Source: a virus (lineage: Duplodnaviria > Caudoviricetes). From it: 25,048 nt of DNA. The translations under genes were made by a program, and so were the position numbers. This document shows, piece after piece, positions 1 to 7,661 of this stretch (its first letter is position 1; each line of letters begins with the position of its first letter). The stretch spans positions 1-25,048 of the IMG/VR virus record IMGVR_UViG_3300037558_000423; one strand, given 5' to 3'. The notes beneath the pieces are model-generated. The model saw only the letters and a list, made by a program, of their open reading frames with translations, had not been told where the DNA came from and ran no database searches.

Positions 1-125
1 TATAGCAAATGATTTAGCTGTCAAATGTTTTTGCGTATATAAACAAAAAGTATTGCAGTAATTTACATTGTAACTTAATCTGTTAAATCATTATTATTGA
101 TCCTGACATTGATTAGGTTCTTGAT
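1..125. promoter_or_regulatory. Divergent promoter/operator region upstream of the Cro-like gene
   Basis: AT-rich. Leftward TTGACA on the minus strand at 24-19; rightward TTGCAG-N17-TAATCT (53-81); inverted pair AATGATTTAGCTG (8-20) / CTGTTAAATCATT (80-92), 11/13 match; palindrome TTACA-T-TGTAA (63-73). Confidence 0.45.
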
Positions 126-146
126 GTGAACTTTGGAGAGGGTACG

Positions 147-359
147 ATGAAACTGGAAGATTGGCGTTTAGAAAAGGGCTACACTTATCGTGATTTGGCA
201 AGAAAACTTGACGCGCCAGGCGCTGGTGTTGTGCATCGATGGTGCTTACCTCTTTCAAACAAGCGCCGTGTAAGGCCCAGCGTAGAATATATGCGCCGGA
301 TCAAGATCGCAACAGATGGTGCTGTGCAGCCAAATGATTTCTTCCTGGGATTACTATGA
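147..359 (+). CDS. Cro/CI-like HTH transcriptional regulator
   Basis: MKLEDWRLEKGYTYRDLARKLD...VHRW...RPS....RIKIATDGAVQPNDF matches the phage Cro-like pattern (xLxxW...TxGxVxxNDF). ATG at 147 follows GGAGAGGG and is preferred over the GTG at 126. Confidence 0.78.
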   Translation: MKLEDWRLEKGYTYRDLARKLDAPGAGVVHRWCLPLSNKRRVRPSVEYMRRIKIATDGAVQPNDFFLGLL

Positions 360-706
360 CAGAGGCGCAGCTGCAAAAATTAGTTGCAGATTACTTGCAT
401 GTATCCTTGCCGGATGGCTCCATATTTCACCACTCACCCAACGAGGGAAAAGCGCACATTGCGTGGAGAATAAAGCAAAAAAAAGCTGGAATGCGCACTG
501 GCTGGCCTGATCTGGAGATCTTTTGCCCAGGCGTTCAGCCCATTTTTATCGAGTTGAAAGTAGGGAAAAATAGAATCACACCGGATCAAAACAAAACATT
601 GAATGCTTTAGCCTCATGCGGTTGCGTCACAGCTGTTTGTAAGACGCTCGATGAGGTGCGCGCTGTAATCGAAAAGATTGTGAAACTTAAAGAAAGGACT
701 ATGTGA
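356..706 (+). CDS. VRR-NUC domain (PD-(D/E)xK) nuclease / resolvase-like
   Basis: MTEAQLQ..., HHSPNEG, GMRTGWPDL, FIELKVGKNRITPDQ: the characteristic VRR-NUC motifs. Confidence 0.85.
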   Translation: MTEAQLQKLVADYLHVSLPDGSIFHHSPNEGKAHIAWRIKQKKAGMRTGWPDLEIFCPGVQPIFIELKVGKNRITPDQNKTLNALASCGCVTAVCKTLDEVRAVIEKIVKLKERTM

Positions 707-907
707 ATGGATACCTATTATCATAAGAAACAGAAATTAAATTGGGAAATTGCCAGGGAGTATTTTCACTACCGGATCAGCCAGGGGTGGGGGTTGCTGC
801 GGATCGCGCAACTTCACAGGATCCCAGCTGTTTACGAAAGCTGCTACACGGAACCACAAATAATAGATTGGCTAGCGAGGTATCATGACCAGATCAGATA
901 TCGATAA
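707..907 (+). CDS. Hypothetical phage protein (66 aa)
   Basis: ORF abuts the upstream stop, with AAGGA upstream; no recognised motif. Confidence 0.55.
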   Translation: MDTYYHKKQKLNWEIAREYFHYRISQGWGLLRIAQLHRIPAVYESCYTEPQIIDWLARYHDQIRYR

Positions 908-1004
908 ACATTTTACCGGTAAATTTGGCCAGCTGCTTGCGCTGAGAAATGCCACGATAGTGCAGCGTTTTTTTATACGGATAAGAAAGGTGTTTACAAA
1001 ATGA
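885..1004 (+). CDS. Possible small protein (39 aa, MTRSDIDKHFTGKFGQLLALRNATIVQRFFIRIRKVFTK)
   Basis: Translated by hand; GAGGT just upstream of the ATG; partly fills the gap before 1091. Confidence 0.3.
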   Translation: MTRSDIDKHFTGKFGQLLALRNATIVQRFFIRIRKVFTK

Positions 1005-1022
1005 AAAAATTGGATACCCTCG

Positions 1023-1089
1023 GTAGCTACACCGCAACCCGGAGCTACACGTTATACTACTTATTTCTACTACATGTAGCTACACGTTA
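1023..1089. repeat. Iteron-like AGCTACAC(GTTA) direct repeats with embedded palindromes
   Basis: AGCTACAC at 1025, 1043 and 1078; AGCTACACGTTA exact at 1043-1054 and 1078-1089; palindromes GTAGCTAC (1023-1030, 1076-1083) and CTACATGTAG (1070-1079). Confidence 0.7.
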
Positions 1090-1090
1090 A

Positions 1091-1555
1091 ATGCAGTACA
1101 CAGAAATTCCGTATGATGTCGAGTATTTAGAGAATCTATTTTTGGAAGCTGCATGCACAGAACGGCGACTTCCACCGGCGATTGTTAAAAGAAAGTTAGC
1201 CAGCTGGCCAGAGTATGAACAATCTTGGCATGCGTATAATTCAACAGCATTCACACCAAAGGCGCCTAAGTCCTCACCACAAGAGATTGACCGGTATTTT
1301 CTGGCGCTCGATCTTGGCCTTTGTTATGCAGCGGTCTATGATCGGAAACTTATTTGGGCGGTGAATTACTCAGCTGTCCTTAAGAATGGTTATCCCAGGG
1401 AACGCGGCCCATCCTGGGAAAAGGTCAGCAAAGCAAGTAATCAGCGGATCTCAGCAAAGAGTGTCAAGCGTGATTACATCGATGCAATTGTTCGCATGGC
1501 GTATCGAATTAAGTTGCAGCCGGAAAGATTGACGCAAAAATTGGTGATAAAGTGA
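1091..1555 (+). CDS. DUF6362-like putative late transcription regulator (Q/sigma-region-4-like position)
   Basis: EAACTERRLP..ASWPEY..P.SSPQEIDRY..DRKLIWA..SWEKV resembles the DUF6362 family of alphaproteobacterial phages; it lies directly upstream of the packaging genes. Confidence 0.6.
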   Translation: MQYTEIPYDVEYLENLFLEAACTERRLPPAIVKRKLASWPEYEQSWHAYNSTAFTPKAPKSSPQEIDRYFLALDLGLCYAAVYDRKLIWAVNYSAVLKNGYPRERGPSWEKVSKASNQRISAKSVKRDYIDAIVRMAYRIKLQPERLTQKLVIK

Positions 1556-1584
1556 TTGCACGAATGCGCAAAATGTAGTACCTT
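1556..1584 (+). promoter_or_regulatory. Putative sigma70-type late promoter (pR'-like)
   Basis: TTGCAC (1556-1561) - 17 bp - TACCTT (1579-1584), starting immediately after the regulator's stop codon. Confidence 0.45.
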
Positions 1585-1693
1585 TTCAGGTAAGATTGCC
1601 AAGATCTTGCGGTTATACTGCAAATATTGATCGAATGCTCTGCCAGAGTACAAGGTTTTGGGGGTCTTTTTTTCATATTTTTTCTGAAAACTT

Positions 1694-1728
1694 ACCAGGC
1701 ATTAAGCGCTCCACCGCTTGTGCCTGGT
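1694..1728 (+). promoter_or_regulatory. Stable RNA hairpin in the late leader, just before the terS RBS
   Basis: ACCAGGCA/TGCCTGGT outer stem and AAGCG/CGCTT inner stem with loop CTCCAC; AGGAAG at 1733-1738 follows. Confidence 0.5.
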
Positions 1729-1742
1729 CATTAGGAAGATCA

Positions 1743-2159
1743 ATGTCAAGAATTATGAGCATAAAGTTAATGACGGATATTTGCCGTAAGCTGATCGAGG
1801 GGAACTCGATGCGACAGATAGCAAAGCTACCAGGATATCCAAGCGACGACACAGTGTATCGTTATGTGCAGAAGAACGACCAAGCGCATGAGATGTACAT
1901 CCGAGCAAAAGCTATCCAGGGTGAACGCATCCAGGATGAGATCGATGAGGTGCTCAGTGCACCAATGCCTAATGATCCGAAACAAATGATGGCTGACGTG
2001 CAAATGAGGCGACTAAAGGTTGATACATTGCAGAAGAGGCACACACAGCTACAGCCGAAAGGCATACGGAATAAGGCAGAGGATGTAACAGCACCAGGCG
2101 TGTCGGGGATGATCACGTTGTCCTGGGAGAAAGGCGATGTAGATGTTAAGACTGGCTGA
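1743..2159 (+). CDS. terS: Terminase small subunit (Sf6-like HTH type)
   Basis: ICRKLIEGNSMRQIAKLPGYPSDDTVYRYV...YIRAKAIQ...RRLKVDT pattern; ATG at 1743 with an AGGAAG SD is preferred over the TTG at 1596. Confidence 0.8.
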   Translation: MSRIMSIKLMTDICRKLIEGNSMRQIAKLPGYPSDDTVYRYVQKNDQAHEMYIRAKAIQGERIQDEIDEVLSAPMPNDPKQMMADVQMRRLKVDTLQKRHTQLQPKGIRNKAEDVTAPGVSGMITLSWEKGDVDVKTG

Positions 2160-2191
2160 TTTCGGTTCGGCATTACTGTAACTGCTGGCAG

Positions 2192-2371
2192 TCGCACGCG
2201 CGAGGCCTGGGCATTTCGCTGTGTTTGTGGCAATCTTGTGGCAAAAGTCTCTGATCTATCTTATTTTATTGGAAAGCATGGGGGATGGTAGCTCTTACGC
2301 TGGTGTTTTTGTATGAATACCGCCTGACCCTACCCCCGGGATCGCACGCGCGCGCATTATACATATATATA
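2192..2371. repeat. Non-coding repeat region, candidate packaging (pac)/terminus site
   Basis: TCGCACGCGCG at 2192-2202 and 2342-2352; TTGTGGCAA at 2225-2233 and 2236-2244; alternating purine-pyrimidine tract at 2343-2371. Confidence 0.5.
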
Positions 2372-2407
2372 ACCCTATCGGGACACATGTATTGTCATTG
2401 AGGTCAC

Positions 2408-2944
2408 ATGGGTAAAAGAAGTAGTTTCGATCGTGTTGAGCGCGATTATTATCCGACACCACCGGAGGCGGTAAAGCCGCTGCTGTATCATTTGGATACG
2501 CCATCGATAAAGCTGTTTTGTGAGCCGTGTGCTGGCAATGGGCAGTTGGTGGACATGTTAGCCCTGGCTGGTGTTATATGCTGCTATGCGAGTGATATAG
2601 AGCCGCGTAGACAGGATGTGTATCGAGTAGATGCACTGGAGTTGGATGAGATGAAGATCTTAGAGGCTGATGCGATAATTACGAACCCTCCTTGGCGCCG
2701 TGATTTGCTGCATCCTATGATTGAGTATTTTATATCTTTAAAACCTACATGGCTGCTATTTGATGCGGATTGGATGCACACCAAGCAAGCCTCGGAGTTG
2801 ATTAAGTATTGCCGGAAGATAGTGTCTGTTGGTCGCGTGAAGTGGATCCCAGATAGTAAACACACCGGTAAGGATAATGTTTGTTGGTATTTCTTCTCCA
2901 AATATACCCAGACTACGGAAACGCGATTTATAGGACGAATATGA
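2408..2944 (+). CDS. DNA amino-methyltransferase (N6-adenine type)
   Basis: N-terminal DYYPTP, SAM-binding motif I EPCAGNG, catalytic motif IV ITNPPW. Confidence 0.85.
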   Translation: MGKRSSFDRVERDYYPTPPEAVKPLLYHLDTPSIKLFCEPCAGNGQLVDMLALAGVICCYASDIEPRRQDVYRVDALELDEMKILEADAIITNPPWRRDLLHPMIEYFISLKPTWLLFDADWMHTKQASELIKYCRKIVSVGRVKWIPDSKHTGKDNVCWYFFSKYTQTTETRFIGRI

Positions 2945-3264
2945 AAAAGATAGAGCGTTTAATTCCGCATGATGCGGTGAATAAGCCGGTGCATTATACG
3001 CAAGGCAAGACGGAGTGTATTGACTCGATAAAGGAGTTATTGGGTGATGGCTTTGGGTCGTATTGTAAAGGCACGATTGCAAAGTATATGTGGCGTTATC
3101 AGGATAAGAATGGCGTCGAGGATCTCAAGAAAGCCGAGTGGTATTTAAAAGCGTTAATTAAATTTGAGGAGGAGACACATGCCAGGACGATACGGAAAAT
3201 CCAAGGCGGCAATGCCTGGAAAGAAAAAGACGATATTGACTTCAGCGCAAAAGACGCTCCCTAA
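2941..3264 (+). CDS. DUF3310 family protein (T7 gp1.7 nucleotide-kinase-related)
   Basis: DAVNKPVHYTQGKTECID...YCKGTIAKYMWRYQDKNGVEDLKKAEWYL is the DUF3310 signature. ATG at 2941 overlaps the MTase stop (ATGA). Confidence 0.85.
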   Translation: MKKIERLIPHDAVNKPVHYTQGKTECIDSIKELLGDGFGSYCKGTIAKYMWRYQDKNGVEDLKKAEWYLKALIKFEEETHARTIRKIQGGNAWKEKDDIDFSAKDAP

Positions 3265-3313
3265 GGAGATACAGAACAAGATCGTTTCATCAAAGATGAA
3301 GAAAAAAACCTAA
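3179..3313 (+). CDS. Small Lys-rich protein (44 aa, MPGRYGKSKAAMPGKKKTILTSAQKTLPKEIQNKIVSSKMKKKT)
   Basis: Not in the ORF track; translated by hand. Very strong SD GAGGAGGAG upstream; overlaps the DUF3310 tail. Confidence 0.7.
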   Translation: MPGRYGKSKAAMPGKKKTILTSAQKTLPKEIQNKIVSSKMKKKT

Positions 3314-3391
3314 TTTCACTCGACAAGCAACAACGCAACAAAAGGCTGCATAGAGATTTCATGCTGCGGCAAATGCGGCGAGAGTTTAAAC

Positions 3392-4660
3392 ATGGAAATA
3401 AAGATACCCTACGCGCCGCGAAAGGTGCAAAAGGAGCTACACGAACAGCTGGACAAGCACCGGTGGGCGGTAGTGGTGATGCACCGGAGGGCCGGAAAGA
3501 CAGTGATGGCGATCAATCATCTTCTTAGGGAAGCGGTTTTGTGCCAGCAAAAAAGTCCACGTTATGCCTATATTGCGCCAACGTATCGTCAGGCCAAGCA
3601 AGTGGCATGGGATTATTTAAAACAATTTGCCATAAATATACCGATGGCGAGGTTTCACGAAACGGAATTGCGCTGTGATCTACCCAACGGCGCAAGAATA
3701 CAGCTGTTAGGATCCGAAAATCCAGCGAGTTTGCGTGGAATATATTTAGATATGGCGGTTTTGGACGAGATGGCGGACATGCCGGAGAACTTATTTCCGG
3801 AAGTTATACGACCAGCGCTGTCAGATCGGGAAGGAAAAGCCTTATTTATTGGTACACCAAGAGGACACAATGCTTTTTTCGAACTCTACGAGGCGGCAAC
3901 AGCGGCCGATGACTGGTTTTCAGCGACCTATAAGGCGAGTGAAACAGGGATATTACCTAAATCCGAACTTGATTCAGCGCGGATTGGGATGTCCGAAGAC
4001 CAATACAATCAGGAATACGAATGTTCCTGGGTGGCGAATGTTCCGGGATCAATCTTTGGCAAGGAATTGCAGAAGTGTTTTCAAGATAATAGGATCACAA
4101 AGGTTCCCTATGATGCCTCTGTCCGTGTCGATACCTTTTGGGATCTGGGTGTCGGCGATAGCACAGCGATTTGGTTTGTCCAAACAGTAGGACGAGCGGT
4201 ACATTTCATCGATTATTACGAGGCGAGAGGTGAGGGATTGCCGCACTACGCCCGGGTGCTGCAAGAACGTGAGTATCTCTATGATACCCATTATGCGCCG
4301 CACGATATCGAGGTTAGAGAATTAGGATCCGGCAAGAGTAGGCGTGAGGTTGCCTGGGATCTGGGAATAAATTTTAGAGTGGTTCCCAAGCTGCCGATTG
4401 ATGATGGGATCCATGCAGCGCAGCTGTTAATAGGAAGAACCTGGTTTGATCGCGACAACTGCAAGCATGGCCTGGAGGCACTAAGGCAATATCACAGAGC
4501 GTATAACGAGCGAACACGATCATTTTCTAAAACAATAAAACACGATTGGTCATCGCATAGCGCCGATGCTTTGCGATACGCGGCAGTCGGTTTAAGAGAA
4601 AACAAGCGTCAATTTCAAGCGCCGCAGCAAACAGCGGTGAATGATTATCGCGTATTCTAG
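3392..4660 (+). CDS. terL: Terminase large subunit
   Basis: Walker A HRRAGKT, YIAPTYRQAK, Walker B LRGIYLDMAVLDE, coupling motif IGTP, nuclease motifs WDLG and HDWSSHSADALRY. Confidence 0.96.
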   Translation: MEIKIPYAPRKVQKELHEQLDKHRWAVVVMHRRAGKTVMAINHLLREAVLCQQKSPRYAYIAPTYRQAKQVAWDYLKQFAINIPMARFHETELRCDLPNGARIQLLGSENPASLRGIYLDMAVLDEMADMPENLFPEVIRPALSDREGKALFIGTPRGHNAFFELYEAATAADDWFSATYKASETGILPKSELDSARIGMSEDQYNQEYECSWVANVPGSIFGKELQKCFQDNRITKVPYDASVRVDTFWDLGVGDSTAIWFVQTVGRAVHFIDYYEARGEGLPHYARVLQEREYLYDTHYAPHDIEVRELGSGKSRREVAWDLGINFRVVPKLPIDDGIHAAQLLIGRTWFDRDNCKHGLEALRQYHRAYNERTRSFSKTIKHDWSSHSADALRYAAVGLRENKRQFQAPQQTAVNDYRVF

Positions 4661-4669
4661 GAGAGCAGC

Positions 4670-5215
4670 ATGGGGTTTTTCACTAGCTTTATTGAGGCGT
4701 TATCAAGTGGAGCGCAGAGTTTTGATAGTTTTGCGCGCGCTAACACGCCAATTTATAAGGAAAATACTAAGGTTGATAACTTTTTGTTAGGTGGTCAGTC
4801 GAATATGAGATCGGCAGCGGACAGATCCGCTGATATGCAAAACGCCATGAACGCAATGGCGGACATGCGTGATCCAGGTGGTGAGCGAACCGATCCAGAT
4901 ACCGGTCGATCCGTTAGAGAAACTAGGGGATATGAGACAAAATCGGATTCAGAGAACAACAGGACAGCTGGCGGCACACAAAAAACTATGGTCACAACCT
5001 CTTCTACACCAGCGGCAGCGACAAAAACAGAACCAAAGCCACCGGCAGCGCCAAAAACAGTGGCGGAAGATCCAACAAGCAGTGGTGATTTAGAAGATGA
5101 GGCACTTGGCACAAAGAAAAAGGGTCGATCAAGTACAATTTTAACAAGCGCGCAAGGGTTATTAACTGAGGCGCCGACGCGTGGCGCTAGACGACTCAAG
5201 GGATTGATTACATGA
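4670..5215 (+). CDS. Pre-portal virion-associated protein, largely disordered
   Basis: C-terminal KKKGRSSTILTSAQGL motif typical of the small gene preceding the portal in T7/BPP-1-like podoviruses; AGGAGAG SD. Confidence 0.6.
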   Translation: MGFFTSFIEALSSGAQSFDSFARANTPIYKENTKVDNFLLGGQSNMRSAADRSADMQNAMNAMADMRDPGGERTDPDTGRSVRETRGYETKSDSENNRTAGGTQKTMVTTSSTPAAATKTEPKPPAAPKTVAEDPTSSGDLEDEALGTKKKGRSSTILTSAQGLLTEAPTRGARRLKGLIT

Positions 5216-5397
5216 GGGCTCGCAAACCTAAAAATGCAGCCGGATTGATGGGCAAAATAGCCACACAACCGATAACTGGCATGTCTATGTCCATGAATAT
5301 AGACCCGATGGAGCGCATGATGCAGCGTTTTGATGGTCGATTAAAGGGCGGTAAGCGCTCAAAGAAGAAAAAAACCATGATGCAGGGAGGTTACTGA
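5212..5397 (+). CDS. Small basic Met/Lys-rich protein (61 aa)
   Basis: ATGA-coupled to the upstream gene; ends in KKKKTMMQGGY. Confidence 0.65.
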   Translation: MRARKPKNAAGLMGKIATQPITGMSMSMNIDPMERMMQRFDGRLKGGKRSKKKKTMMQGGY

Positions 5398-5540
5398 TGG
5401 CAAAACCAGGCTTATATTCCAACATGAACAAGAGAAAAGCGGCCGGTACGTCCAGAAGTAAGGCGAAATCAACGATAAAACCTAAGGTTTACACGATGAT
5501 GAGTGAGAAAAAGGGCGGCTTTAAGCCAAAGAAATCCTAA
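5397..5540 (+). CDS. Small basic protein (47 aa, MAKPGLYSNMNKRKAAGTSRSKAKSTIKPKVYTMMSEKKGGFKPKKS)
   Basis: Not in the ORF track. GGAGG SD; TGATG and TAATG coupling at both ends fills the gap exactly; the KPGLYxN start is common in marine phage small proteins. Confidence 0.8.
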   Translation: MAKPGLYSNMNKRKAAGTSRSKAKSTIKPKVYTMMSEKKGGFKPKKS

Positions 5541-5830
5541 TGGTTGCGAAGAAATACCAAAATCCCAAGGGCGGATTGAACCAAAAGGGCCGTGATTACT
5601 TCAAACGCACGGAGGGTAGCAATCTTAAGAGTCCTCAGAAAAGTGGAACGGATGGTCGTCGTGTCAGTTTTGCCGCCAGATTTGCCGGCATGCGTGGCCC
5701 AATGAAGAAACCAAACGGCGAGCCAACTAGAAAAGCGTTGGCCTTGAAAGCCTGGGGATTTGGCAGCGTTGAGGCAGCGCGTAACTTTGCCAATAGAAAT
5801 AAAAAGAAAAAAACCATGATGAGTTCGTAA
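5540..5830 (+). CDS. DUF6321-like small basic phage protein
   Basis: QNPKGGLNQKGR...GSNLKSP...RRVSFAARF.GM...ALKAWG pattern. Confidence 0.7.
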   Translation: MVAKKYQNPKGGLNQKGRDYFKRTEGSNLKSPQKSGTDGRRVSFAARFAGMRGPMKKPNGEPTRKALALKAWGFGSVEAARNFANRNKKKKTMMSS

Positions 5831-7443
5831 TGGAAACCAACCAATTAGTCACAACATTGCATAAAAGATTTGAGTCTCTTCAGACGCAAAGAAGCAATAT
5901 CGAGCAGCGCTGGCAAGAGGTGGCTGATTATTTTCTACCCAGAAAAGCGGATATTGTGCGAAAACGTGCTGCTGGTCAGCGAAAAGATCAAAAGATATTC
6001 GACTCCACGGCGCAACATGCGGTCGAATTGCTAGCGGCGAACCTACACGGAACGCTTACCTCTCCAAGTGTTCCCTGGTTCGCCATGCGATTTCGGGATA
6101 AAGCGCTCCAACAGGAGGATAAATTAAATGAATGGCTTGAGATCTGCACGGCGCAGATGTATCAATCGCTTGAACGATCCAATTTTCAGCAAGAAATCCA
6201 TGAATTATACTATGATTTAGTTGTTTTTGGTACTGGAGCACTGGCAATTGAGAAGGAACTAGGTCAAGAACTGCGGTTCTCGGCGCGTCATATTGCTGAG
6301 ATCTACATAGCAGAGAACCATGAAGGTAGAGTTGATACTGTTTTTCGAAAGTATGAACTGACCGCACGCCAGGCCGAGCAGAAATTTGGTAAAGAAAACC
6401 TATCGCCCAGGATAAAAAAGTCGTTGGACTCCAATCCCTTGGATAAACACAACATCATTAATGTTATTTATCCGCGAGGAGACACCGGTAAAACCACGGC
6501 AAAAGATAAACCTTTTGCGTCTATTCACTATTGTTTTGATACAAAATATCTAATGCAAGAGAGCGGTTATGACTCAATGGTTTTGGCAACGCCCAGGTTT
6601 ACCAAAGATTCATCGAGTGTTTATGGGCATTCTCCGGCGCATACAGCGTTAGCTGACACAATGATGGTATCGAAAATGGGTGAAATAGGCATCCGAGCAG
6701 CACAAAAGCAGCTGGATCCACCGCTTATGGTTCCTGATGATGGGTATGTTTTGCCGGTACGAACAACACCAGGCGCCTTAAATTTTTATCGATCTGGATC
6801 CAGAGATAGAATAGAGCCTTTAAAAACAGACGCGAATAATCTTTTACAGCTGAATGTTGAGGAAAGGCGGCAAGAACAAATACGCCGTATCTTTTATGTC
6901 GATCAATTATTGGCATCAACCAACAAAACAATGACAGCGACACAAACGCTGCAAATGCAAGAAGAACGATTGCGCATGTTAGGGCCAGTGCTAGGCCGGT
7001 TACAATCAGAGTTATTGCAACCACTCATATCAAGAACTTTCGAACTGTTGCTATCCCAGGGCATTTTGCCACCGGCTCCTGACGAATTGCAAGGTCAGGA
7101 TATTGATATCGAATATGTATCGCCACTAGCGAAAGCACAAAAAATTGGTGATCTTCAAAATCTTGTTCGTGGTGTGGAGATAATGACGCAGCTGGCCGAG
7201 GTTATCCCAGGCATCACGGATTACATCGATAATGATGGTTTGGTGAAATATCTTGTTGAAGTCACCGGCATGCCAGCAAGAGTTGTTCGATCGGATCAGG
7301 AAGTCGCTGAGATGAGAAAACAGCAACAGGAAGCAGCGGCAGCGCAGCAATCGCAAGAACAGGAAATGCAAAACTCTGAGCAAGCGCGCAACGTCGCGCC
7401 ATTATTGCAAGCCTTGCAGAGTGGACAAGGCTCGGCTGAATGA
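5830..7443 (+). CDS. Portal protein (T7 gp8-like head-to-tail connector)
   Basis: 537 aa; IFDSTA, LTSPSVPWF, DLVVFGTG, YGHSPA, MTAT...EERLRMLGPVLGRLQSELLQPLI, IEYVSPLAKAQ. Confidence 0.95.
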   Translation: METNQLVTTLHKRFESLQTQRSNIEQRWQEVADYFLPRKADIVRKRAAGQRKDQKIFDSTAQHAVELLAANLHGTLTSPSVPWFAMRFRDKALQQEDKLNEWLEICTAQMYQSLERSNFQQEIHELYYDLVVFGTGALAIEKELGQELRFSARHIAEIYIAENHEGRVDTVFRKYELTARQAEQKFGKENLSPRIKKSLDSNPLDKHNIINVIYPRGDTGKTTAKDKPFASIHYCFDTKYLMQESGYDSMVLATPRFTKDSSSVYGHSPAHTALADTMMVSKMGEIGIRAAQKQLDPPLMVPDDGYVLPVRTTPGALNFYRSGSRDRIEPLKTDANNLLQLNVEERRQEQIRRIFYVDQLLASTNKTMTATQTLQMQEERLRMLGPVLGRLQSELLQPLISRTFELLLSQGILPPAPDELQGQDIDIEYVSPLAKAQKIGDLQNLVRGVEIMTQLAEVIPGITDYIDNDGLVKYLVEVTGMPARVVRSDQEVAEMRKQQQEAAAAQQSQEQEMQNSEQARNVAPLLQALQSGQGSAE

Positions 7444-7661
7444 TGGGTGTCGAAGATTTACAGCGTATATATAGAGAAGTGTTTTCCTCAAATGAGGGCA
7501 AGAGAGTATTGGACGATTTGAAAGCTAGGTTTGGCTTTCAACAAACCACGCATGTTCCAGGGGATCCCCATGAAAGTGCGTTTTTCGAAGGGCAGCGCAA
7601 CGCTGTTCTATTAATTTTAAGAATGATGGAAGAAAAAAGAAAGGATCTAAATAGTGAATGA
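7440..7661 (+). CDS. Bbp19-like small protein between portal and scaffold
   Basis: YREVFSSNEGKRVLDDL...AFFEGQRNAVLLI signature and conserved position. Confidence 0.75.
   Translation: MMGVEDLQRIYREVFSSNEGKRVLDDLKARFGFQQTTHVPGDPHESAFFEGQRNAVLLILRMMEEKRKDLNSE

Noticed and set aside
1596-1742. N-terminal extension of terS from the TTG at 1596
   Set aside because: No SD, the sequence is not protein-like, and it overlaps the promoter/hairpin leader; the ATG at 1743 has an SD.
2881-2940. Upstream TTG start for DUF3310
   Set aside because: It lies inside the MTase gene; the ATGA overlap at 2941 is the typical coupled start.
3265-3528. Open frame continuing after the DUF3310 TAA (possible readthrough or recoding)
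   Set aside because: TAA, TAG and TGA all serve as normal stops in conserved genes here, so no alternative code is indicated; there is no SD-supported start and the frame overlaps terL.
4795-5268. 157-aa minus-strand ORF
   Set aside because: Antisense shadow of a low-complexity gene; no promoter or SD recognised.
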